64,000 bases of DNA, taken from assembly GCA_020891255.1 (NCBI GenBank), contig BQFW01000014.1:1612001-1676000 (forward strand). Reading direction: 5' to 3'. Shown in pieces: positions 12,146 through 22,402 of this stretch. The notes beneath the pieces are model-generated. The model was not told the DNA's origin, did no database searches, and saw only the letters and a program-made list of their open reading frames with translations. This stretch comes from Entomortierella parvispora E1425. Its lineage: Eukaryota; Fungi; Mortierellomycota. A program made the translations under genes and the position numbers. Within the stretch, counting starts at the first letter, position 1. Every line of letters starts with the position of its first letter.

Positions 12146-14101
12146 ATGTCCATCAACAGAGGCAATGTCGTCCTGGTCATCGGCATGTTAGCCGCAGGAA
12201 CTGCCAACACGATCATTACAAAGTGTACGTTTACTTTTCCTTGTCGCACTTCCCTTGTCTGCGCCGGCTGTGCTTGTTTTGTTTTCGTTCAGAACTTAGT
12301 CTGTCGATCTCGATACGAGTCCTTGTTAGTGCAGACAACGACAAATCCAATCCGGGTCTAGCCTGCGTTTCGGATTTTTGGATCGTTGAGTAACACGGAC
12401 TGACCATTCTTGTTTTTTTATTATCATCTATTATCTCATATTCCAGACCAGGACAAGGCCTGCGTCAAGAACTGCGATGGCCCTCTCAAGGAGCGAGAAC
12501 ATTTCGAGCAGCCCATCTGGCAGACCCTGAACATGTTTGTCGGTGAGAGTTTGTGTCTCGTTGTCGCCTCGATCTGTGCCTTCCTCGCAGACAAATATGG
12601 ACGTGCCAAGTGGGCGGATCTTGTCTTGGATGATCAAGAGGATGACGCACTCGCTGTGGTCGAATCAGATGGTCTCATTGTGCCTGAAGCCATCCATGGA
12701 CACGGACACGGTCATGGCGCCTCTTCGAAGAAGAAGCTCCAAGGTCCTCTCGTTTTGTTGCTCTGGTTGCCCACTCTCTGTGATATGACTGCCAGCACGG
12801 TAAGGCCAATCCTACGTCGAAGTTGCGTCTCTGTGCAACACGTTTGCGTCATGGGTTGATAGATCTGGAACAGGATCTTGGATGGGTCATAGGAGGCGCG
12901 ATATGAACATCAAAAGAATTATGGCTTGCATTCTCAGGATGCAGGACACAGGGGTGAGATTGTCAATAGGCAGGAACAGGATCAAAGGCTGCACAGCACC
13001 GATTTTTATTTTTTATTTCCTTCAGTCGCGCACGTCGAGTTACAGTGAGGATACGGCCTGAAAGACAAAAGGGTGCCACTGCTGGTCATTAGAGTCCTCA
13101 AAGCCAGCCCCCGCTTTCCTTGATCTTTCCATCCTGCCCCCTGCCACGTTTAGTGGATCATATGAAAACAAAAGAAAAAAAACCAAGGATCGGGAACTTG
13201 GACTTTCAGGAAGGAAGTAGTTTCACCCTCTCTCAAACAGCAGCCTAATCAATCCGTCCATGTTCTTGATTGTTTCCCTATCCAGCTTATGAACGTGGGC
13301 TTGATCTATTGCGCTGCTTCGGTCTACCAGATGCTTCGAGGTGCATTGGTCATTCTCACTGGACTTTTGTCAGTCTTTTTCTTGGGTCGACGTCTCCTGG
13401 CTTTCGAGTGGTTCGCATTGTTCACTATCTCTGCTGGTATTGCCACAGTCGGCCTGTCCTCTGTTATCAATTCAAGGGTTACCCCAGTCGCTGATGGAGG
13501 TGTCGACCCCGATTCGGATGAGGCTATTCAGGCGGCCAAGGCCATCCTCGGAGTCTTTCTCGTCCTCTTTGCTCAGATCTTCACCGCGACACAGTTCGTT
13601 ATTGAAGAAAAGTTCTTGGCTGGATACCAAATTGCCCCTCTTCGTGCTGTTGGATATGAAGGTATCTTTGGTACCATCACCGTCTTGGTCGCCATGCCTA
13701 TCCTCCACTTCACCGTGGGTGCCTCGAACCCTGGATCGTACTTCAATCTCACCACTGGTTGGGAGCAGATCAAGACCTTCCCCCAGATTTGGATCCCTGC
13801 GATCATCATGCTTTTCAGTATCTCGTCTTTCAACTTCTTTGGCATCTCGGTGACAAAGACTGTCAGCGCCACGTCTCGATCCACCATCGACTCTTGCCGT
13901 ACCCTCTTCATCTGGGCCATCTCCCTTTACCTCGGATGGGAGACCTTCAGCGTCCTCCAGGTCGTTGGCTTTGTTATGCTCGTCTATGGAACCTTCGTGT
14001 TCAATGGCGTTATCGCACCCCATGTGTGCGCCCCACCCAAGCCTCTCAACGCTGGCGAAGCCCGCCCTCTGTTGAACAACAACGGCAATGCCTTAGATTA
14101 G
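12146..14101 (+). CDS. SLC35F6: SLC35F6-like drug/metabolite (nucleotide-sugar-type) transporter, 3 exons
   Basis: MLAAGTANTIITK / FEQPIWQTLNMFVGESLCL...LPTLCDMTAST / LMNVGLIYCAASVYQMLRGALVILTGLLS...AQIFTATQFVIEEKFL...SATSRSTIDSCRTLFIW. Confidence 0.88.
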
Positions 14102-14387
14102 AGGCGTTCTACCCTCAAGATGATACCACGCCCCTTGTCTTTCTATCTTTGAACAACACAGTCGCAGCTTACACAAATAAACTGAATACCCAAACCTTTT
14201 GCTCACTAGGAAAATTCACAGATACCATTTCGAACAAAACAAAAGAAATGAAGTACGGCCCAACTTTTCAATCCAAATTTTCTTTCATCCAGATCAGATC
14301 AACGTCCAGACTGCCACCAATCATTACTGTGTTCTTTGCACTTGTCTGTAATGAGTGTTGCAAGCCTGGAAGCCCAATACACGCTTT

Positions 14388-16216
14388 TTATTCACTGTCT
14401 TCCAGATTTTCAAACTGGGGACGCTTTGGAGGCTTAAGAGTGGTATCCACGACTTGCCTGACTTTCTTCTTCTTTGGCGTGAGAATGACTGACTCCTGAA
14501 GTGACTTGGGGGTGGAGAAGATCGGAAATGTCTCATACTCAAGATCAGAAGCAAAAGCAGCCTGACGGTCATTAGATCTGTGTAGATCCATCGCCTCCTT
14601 TGCAATCATAGCCAACTTTTCCAAACGAGCCTAGATATATATAAAGGTGTGGGTTATGGATCAGAGCACACTACAAATCATGCAAAGACATGGGAGTATC
14701 GTACCATCAAATTCATCAAACACGACAATGTTGAGCCATCGAGAAACGATTTCATCGTAGCGCTCGTCGTAGGAAGGATAAGAATATGGTTTGTAACCTT
14801 TCCTGCAACGTATACGTCGTCGAACCGCTTGACAGTCGTAATGATGGCCATATAGCCTACTCAATCACTGATTAATAGCCGAAGACAGAAAAAAATACAG
14901 AGAACTACACAAAATCGTTCTTTACTCACCAGAGGTATCTGCCGCGTAAATTTGTGCATCCTCCACTCCGGCCTTCTCAAGATTTCTCTGGATACAACGC
15001 GCAAGTCGCAGGTTTTTCCTTGACTGTATCGCTCGAGGGGTCGCCTTTTGGTCTGGTGCTTTTAACTCCATGTTCGCTAACTCAATAGCTCCGTATCGAA
15101 ACTTGATGTCCACCTTCCTCACAAAATCACTGGTCTCTAGCCCATACTCGTCAGATAGTTCTTCTAGAATGGCTTTGCTCGATTGCAGTCCTGTTTCACC
15201 GCTAGAGACAATGGCACCAAATGAGGGAGTTAGGATATGGTGAAAACCTGATCACTATCACCTTAATGAGTGAATCCCTACGTGTGCATGGTTATCCCTT
15301 CTGGAAGCAATGGCTTCAAAATGTTCACCCAAGAGGTCAGACAGTCAGTCTCCGACACAAGTGAAGGATCACCAAATGGTCGCTGTAGCACTAGATCGCA
15401 ACTACACGTGGATTTAGACACGGTGACGAAGATGAGTATTCCATACACACCTTACAAACTCATTTGGAAGCTTACTCAACTTACAGTTGCTCCATAATCC
15501 CTAGAAATTTTTCGCGAGGAGTTCTTGCTTCGATTTCTAATCGCCGTCTTGCTCGGATCAACTCAGCCTTCTCGAGACTTGCATCATCACGTAGTTGAGC
15601 GACAGAGCCATGGGCTTCCATACTTTCACGGTACTTGTCAATCCAATGCTTGGCAACAGGATGGTCATCAAAGTCGCTCTCCATGCACTGATCATACCAA
15701 TCCGCGGCGTCTTTTTCGTCGAAGTAGTCAAACGTCGACGAGCAGATGAGATTGACAACGCAGGACATTGCAACCCTGCGTTACCATATATTAGCAAAGA
15801 GTGAGGAGAGCATCACCGAGTTAGTGTATCCCTCGTTGGATGTTAAAATATGACCAATATGACACATATCACGTTGAAATTGTTCATAATTCTTACATGG
15901 CATCCTTTAGCAATACCGAATCCTTCTTCGAGAGGCGTTGATATTCAAGTAGGCGATCTCGAGCAAGATTGAATAGTCCCCGATGATTTTGAGAGAGAGT
16001 CTGAGCGGGCTCTGGGATTACAACATTTTCTTTTCCAAAGTGCTACCGGTGAGAATAAGGTTGTCAAGCCATGGTCAACTCGTGGACTACTGTACAGTAC
16101 TTGGACCCTACAGAGAGATCATTACTTACGAGCTCAGTGTACGCGATATAAAGTTTTCTCCAACAGTCCTCAGACAAGGGTTTCGAAATGGGTCTCCTTT
16201 TCCTGTTGTTATTGTT

Positions 16217-16266
<50 letters not shown>

Positions 16267-16682
16267 CATGTATCCTTCCCGTCGACTTTTTCTTGTCATC
16301 CAAAGTTGTGGGCGTGCTGGTCGATGCGTCCTTTGCTCCTTTTGCAACTATACGGAGAGGGAAAACCGTGTTATTAAACGTGTCTTGTAAGCAACAATTA
16401 TTCGTATTGACAAATCTCACTCTCATGTTGGTCAACAAAGTGGCGGAGGCTTGTTTGAACCATGGTGGAGGTGGCTTTGTCCACGGCCTCTGATATATTC
16501 GGCTCGGGTGCAGCCTCTCATTCATGAAACCATTGACGATGCTGCTCTGCCTTGAGTTGAGGCTTTTTGCGGCCTTTATTGCCACAATAGTCTGTGACAT
16601 AGCGGTGGTAACCGAAAAATGCTTTGCTCCAGGTCATTTCGCTGCCTTGAGCTTGAGAAAGGTAGCCTTTGAAAGAGAGCAT
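14388..16682 (-). pseudogene. Near-intact 8-exon gene (567 codons) for a PD-(D/E)xK nuclease-fold protein, with one in-frame TGA at 16518-16520
   Basis: Exons 16682-16421, 16347-16130, 16042-15897, 15775-15485, 15401-15282, 15201-14930, 14856-14705 and 14630-14388. All introns are GT-AG and phase-compatible. Motifs: SETDC...GETGLQSSK...RKVDIKFR...ELANMELK...QSRKNLRLARCI. An in-frame Met at 16463 lies downstream of the stop. Confidence 0.85.
16205..16264 (-). repeat. (AAC)n microsatellite encoding ~20 Asn in exon 2 of the nuclease-fold gene
   Basis: gttgttattgttattgttgttgtt... on the plus strand. Confidence 0.95.
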
Positions 16683-16935
16683 GTCGGTAAAGAGGTCTCA
16701 TTTGACGACCAGCCCCTTTTTCTTTGACGCGACAAACGCGAAATGAAGGTGGCTTAGAAATAAACGCTTAATGAGTGTGTTTCAACCATTCACTCTCTCT
16801 TCTCCATTCCTCCCAACCTGTAGTTAGTTTACCTAATTCCACCCTCGAAATCTACCAAGGTCAGTGTTGCCATCGTCAGTGTCTTTTCGTGTGTGTTTTT
16901 TTTGGTGATTATTTTCCATTCATCCATTATTTCGC

Positions 16936-17826
16936 AAACTGGTTGCATCGGAGGGTGAGTTGCTCATTAGTTGATGCACTCGCGGATAGAGGGGTCTTTG
17001 ATGTGTCCAGTCTGAGGAGGTCCACACAGCTGGCTTCTGGACTAAATCTATTTGATGCTCTGCGGTGCCACTGTGAACCACGCTCTTTTTGTTCATTTCT
17101 TAAACTGGTTGTATCGTGGGGTGAGTCGCCACAGCTCTTTGAAGCAGTGCACTCGCGGATAGAGGGGTCTTTGATGTGTCCAGTCTGAGGAGGTTCACAC
17201 AGCTGGCTTCTGGACTAAATCTATCTGATGCTCTACGGTACCACCGTGAACCGTCCTCTTATTTTCCCCCGTTTTTTTTGTAATATTTCGTAAACTGGTT
17301 GTATCGTGGGGTGAGTCACCACAGCTCTTTGAAGCAGTGCACTCGCGGGTAGAGGGGTCTTTGATGTGTCCAGTCTGAGGAGGTTCACACAGCTGGCTTC
17401 TGGACTAAATCTATCTGATGCTCGACGGTACCACCGTGAACCATCCTCTTATTTTCCCCCGTTTTTTTTGTAATATTTCGTAAACTGGTTGTATCGTGGG
17501 GTGAGTCGCCACAGCTCTTTGAAGTAGTGCACTCGCGGGTAGAGGGGTCTTTGATGTGTCCAGTCTGAGGAGGTTCACACAGCTGGCTTCTGGACTAAAT
17601 CTATCTGATGCTCTACGGTACCACCGTGAACCGTCCTCTTATTTTCCCCCTTTTTTTTGTAATATTTTCGTAAACTGGTTGTATCGTGGGGTGAGTCGCC
17701 ACAGCTCTTTGAAGCAGTGCACTCGCGGGTAGAGGGGTCTTTGATGTGTCCAGTCTGAGGAGGTTCACACAGCTGGCTTCTGGGCTAAATCTATCTGATG
17801 CTCTACGGTACCACCGTGGACCGTCC
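16936..17826. repeat. Tandem array of ~190-bp units (5 copies, first and last shorter or diverged)
   Basis: aaactggttg starts at 16936, 17102, 17292, 17482 and 17672. Copies 2-4 are nearly identical. Confidence 0.97.
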
Positions 17827-18698
17827 ATTATTAAAGTAGTTTCCATTCATTTGGTTCATTTAGTTTTATTGTTCCTTTTTTCCCTTTTCTTTCCGCCTCT
17901 TAGTATCGCAAGTGATTTCAGCTTTGTGTTCTTACCCTCTTTCGATGCTAGCTGTAATATCATCGCTGTCACCACAAACTACAGAACACAGATAATCAGA
18001 TTTTTATTATATGTACAACTATAGGAACTCAACTTTGGCGCGCGTCCTTGGCGGAACTCGATGGTGGATTTCAAGACCAGGGTAGCCGAGGCGTCTCTCA
18101 GTCAAGACTCTTTTCAACCGCAAAAGATAACAGCTAGCTGCTACAAATACATTACATTTATTTTCAAAGTTCCTGGAATTGTTATCGTGCTGGAGATGTT
18201 CTGCATGGGAAGAGGGATCACTCCTTCAGTTCATGTAAGCCGAAAGTAAGGTGTTACGAGTTTGGAGAGACTGAGAGTCTGAGATATCCGTCCCAATGAA
18301 GGCTGTCCCAGATAATGATCTACAGTTGCGGCAAAGGTGTGAGATGAAGGACTTTCTTTGAAGGGACGCTACATCTGCCGACAAAGGGAATCATGACATT
18401 TCGTCACACAATAGAGGTGGACCTGTTTTTACAACCGGACAAAATATGTGTGGTGGCCATGTGCGAATTCGTTTGTCACACAGATAGGTTCTAGCGTAGA
18501 TTCATTAGGGCAAACTTGACAATACATAGTGGTCCATGACACACCTTGAAAACGATACCCCGGAACTTTTCAATGACAATAACAAGGCTGTTAGATTCTT
18601 TTTTTTATTATGGTCCAGCAAGGTCGACTAGGGGCCTACAAAGGTAGTGCCCGTTCGTTTTCCAATTGTCCAGAGGTCCGTAAAGAAAAGACTTATGT

Positions 18699-19926
18699 TT
18701 ACTCGGCGTGGTGAGCGGGGAACTCGAAGACAACCTCCTTTCCGGTCAAACGCTTGTAGACAGCGCAGAAGGTATCGAGCTTGTACTCCAAAGAGGTAGA
18801 GTCCTTGGCGTCAAGGAAGCTATTAGAAAAGAATAGAAATGGTTGCAAAAAGCATGATAGAGTGAGCGATATGTCCAGTGAGCACATTCAAATAAAAAGA
18901 GCCATATATATCCAGTAACTTACACCTTGATGATGCGCTTCTGGTCAGTCTGGACACGGGTGCGCTTGCCGGTGATCTCGGTGGGGAAAACCAAGTCCTC
19001 CAAGAGCTTCTCGTGAACGGAAGTGAGGGTGCGGGAGCGGGGGCGCATCTGCTTGGCACGGGAAGTGCGGGTGGGCTTGGCCATGATGCGGCGCTGGGCC
19101 AAGAAGACAATGTGGCGGTCAGAGAACTTCTTCTCGAGCTCGCGGGTGAGTCTAAGAGAAAAAAAACGAGACAATGGTTAGATATCAAAACCACATTCAG
19201 TATAATCTTGGACCGATCGCAGATGGTAAGCAAAAGCTATCTGATCTTTACCTCTGCTGGATCTTGTGGAAAGCCTTCAGCTGGGGAACGGGGACGAAGA
19301 TGACAATGGCCTTCTTGCCGTTGCCGGTCTCAACCTGATGGGAGAAAAGATTATAACATGGACTGTTAGGAACTTGTTGCGTCGGTGTGTGTGGTACGAA
19401 AACTCCTGCTAGAGCCTGAAAGGTTGGTGACATTTGTTGCACTAAAGAGTCTGAAAGTCCGCGGTTGTCGTGGTAGAATATTGCAATTTGTCTGTTGTAT
19501 GCGGCTTAGACGTCGTTGATTGCTGATCCATAGACTTGACCATCGACTTTGGTGACAGATCAGACAGGGTACGTTGGGAACCACAAGAGTGCTGACGCCT
19601 CTGACTGACAGCAAACGATCGATTTTGATTCCTGAATCAGTTGCCTCGGACTTTTGATCAGATCCAGTCTACTGATCCTGAAAAAGATGTCACCTTTAAG
19701 TGAGCGATGGGAGAGAGTCGGTCATGATCCACTTCCTGATTGTCCATTGATGTCCTTGTGCTATACTAGGGGATCGTTTTCTCACCTCCTTAGCGCTGGC
19801 AATCTGAAGGGGCTTGAGCTCCTTCTTCAAGTCAGCAACGTTGTTCTCCAAGTCAAAGAGAGCCTGAGCAACAGAGAGCTCGATCTCATCAGCAGCGCCG
19901 TTCTTGGCAATCTTGTGGCTGGCCAT
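18699..19926 (-). CDS. RPS7: 40S ribosomal protein S7 (eS7), 4 exons
   Basis: [27 protein letters not shown] / [22 protein letters not shown] / [22 protein letters not shown]...[28 protein letters not shown] / [22 protein letters not shown]. Confidence 0.98.
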
Positions 19927-22402
19927 TATGTCTGCGTCGAGTCAAGAGTGATGTTTGATCCACAAGTTTGATGTGTCCGAGAGTTCCATTAGATGATGGG
20001 TTCAATATGATCCAGTAAATATAGATTGTCCAAGTGATTTCATCCAAGATGGTTGATGATTATCCCGAAAGAGCGTTCCATGACAACAAATGAAGATGGA
20101 TTCCCCAGCAAAATAACAACGACAATGTCCAGTGGAGAGTAGAAAAGGTCGACAATAGTCCATGCATCGGTTTAGAGTGAATCCATTATGAAAGGTCAAG
20201 ATAAGTCCAAGTCCAGATATGAAAAAAAGCGAAAAAGTCGAATGTCCAGCAGGAGTGATGGTTGAGTCGGATCGATAGTCGAGGTTCAGCAGGGAGCAAG
20301 GGTAACGTAGAAGAAGGCGAGAAGACAGTTAGCGACAGATCGATCATGGGCAGGACAGATGGATGGATGGACGGCCAGGCCAGCGATGGATGTCTCGTTC
20401 CCCGCCATGGGCCGACAATTACCAAAGATTTCGAAAGAAGGGACAGGATAGGCTCGCACCACAGCTATATCGTCGCAGGGCAGGTCTCGGAGCAGCGGAC
20501 CCCTTAATTCATGGCTGGATGGATGGCCCAATTGCTGCCTGACTTTTGCTTTGCTGCAACCATGGACGTGTTTCTTGTCCACTCTTGCTAGATCGCTCCC
20601 ACTATCTTGTCGCTCTTGCCCCTGGACCTTTAGCAGTTTGGCCTGCCAGATCGGGTGCACCAGAGTGGAAGTCCTACACACAACCTTTTCTTGGCCATCC
20701 CAGAGACTCCCCTATGGCGCAATTGATCCCTTGTGCCAAGCTCGGAACTCTGTTGCTACTTGAGGATCGACTGGTCCATACCGTCCCGATCTCACGCATC
20801 AGTGCTGCTGTCATAGTCGCAGGCCCTTCTTCTTTAGAGAGGCCATGAGTGGCTACTCTGGCAAAGGGCCGAAGGAGCGAGCGAGGAACAAAAGCAAGTG
20901 TAGGGGAGAGAAATAGAATAAGAAGCAGACGAACAGGCACGCTGGGACGAGAGAGATCAATTACGGCACAAGAAAACGGACGTACAAAAAAAGTTGAGTA
21001 TTCACTCTTTTTTGTTCAATTGAAAATTGTATATTTGTGTCGCTGCTTCTCTCCTCTCCTTCTCTTCCTCCTCTTTCTTCTCCACTTCGTTTGCCTCGTT
21101 TCTTTGTGCTTCCTTCGCAACCCTCCCGCAGGAACCTGAGCTCGTCCCACATCCGTCAGCCCGTTTCCCTTGGACCTGTAAGTATCCCTGGCCTGAACCT
21201 GTCCAGAACAGACCTCACCTGCCTCCACCACCTCTGCTGCCATGGAGGCCACAGGAAACTGGACCAGAGGACCTGCCTTCCATCGCTTGTCCCTCTCTCG
21301 CACGCTTGGTCCATGCTGCTCATTCCTCATGCACCGACTCAGCATGACCAAACAACACAGGCAGCACTCATGCAGCACAAGCATGCAGACGTAGAAAACT
21401 GAAGCTGGGCCTTTATGAGAGTGAAGCTGAAGTGAACTCGCCGAGACAGCTACAAAAGAGGGTTGAGGGCAAAGGCATGATAGCACCCTGTGCCTGGTTC
21501 GAGTTGACCCGTCCTTGCTGAACGGGTGGGTGATGGGTGTGGCAGGCGGGTGCCCTTGGACCGCCGACCCTTTCTTCCTCTGTCGTTTCTGTTTCGACCA
21601 GCGGTTGACTGGCCACTGCCCTTGACTTTACCTTCTATCAGAGGATGGCCAAGGGAAGCCTCATGTGCATGGCTGAATATGCAGCGATCAAACCATGCTT
21701 GATCAGGCAGCGGCCAAGGGCCAACAGGTGTGAGAGGGGCCGTGGAGTAGAGACACAACAACCTGCATTCATCTTTACGCTTCGTCCTTGCGAGTGACTC
21801 TGGGCTTTGAACGGGGTGGTGGCAAGGCGTGGGTGATGGATGCAGTGGCGGTAGTTATGAGGGTGTTCATGGCGATGCCTCTGGATGGAGGTGGAGGTGG
21901 CGGTGGTGTGGCAGCAGTGTCGCAGTACCTGGAGACGTGGGAAGGCAGGTCCCTGTGGATGGACGGATGGATGGAGACCACCCACTCCCGAAATTGGCTC
22001 TGTCGACCTCCTCTCCCTCTTTCTCTTTCGATCCCCCACCCCGACCGACCGACTGACGAACATACTGCCTGTTTGATCCATGTCCTCTTAGACGAGTCCC
22101 ATTGGCACCTCCTCTAGTCCCTTCTATCTTCTTCCTTGTCCCCTGTCCTCGGCTTTTTGGCTGACAAGCACGAGCACTGGCCACAGACACCACAGTCAAC
22201 AATCCAAACGAAACCATCGACACTTTCCGAGCAAAGCAAAGCCTGTGCCATTCCACGCGAACACTTTGCATACGGCCCTCCCTGAACTGAACTCAACGAC
22301 GGACAAGATCGCATCCAAAGCACCTCGCTCTCTTCACTGCTCTTCCCGAACCTCACCCTGACTGACAAAAGACAGAGTTCTTCCCTCTCAGGATCACCAA
22401 AC

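Noticed and set aside
16518-16520. Selenocysteine read-through of the TGA
   Set aside because: No redox (CxxU-type) context and no SECIS identified. A nonsense mutation is simpler.
17185-17256. Hammerhead ribozyme/retrozyme in the 190-bp repeat (CTGAGGA followed by a stem)
   Set aside because: The stem GGTTCAC/GTGAACC is followed by GTCC or ATCC, not the required GAAA, and no matching cleavage-site junction is present. An HDV-like fold also fails: the L3 sequence and the GG after P1 are missing.
19337-19785. Box C/D snoRNA in the long first intron of RPS7
   Set aside because: Several CTGA motifs are present but there is no convincing RTGATGA box C with terminal stem and guide. A snoscan or Infernal search would be needed.
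20286-22117. Additional genes between RPS7 and the PWWP gene
   Set aside because: The ORFs lack ATG starts or motifs and overlap in several frames. More likely promoter or UTR sequence; RNA-seq would decide.
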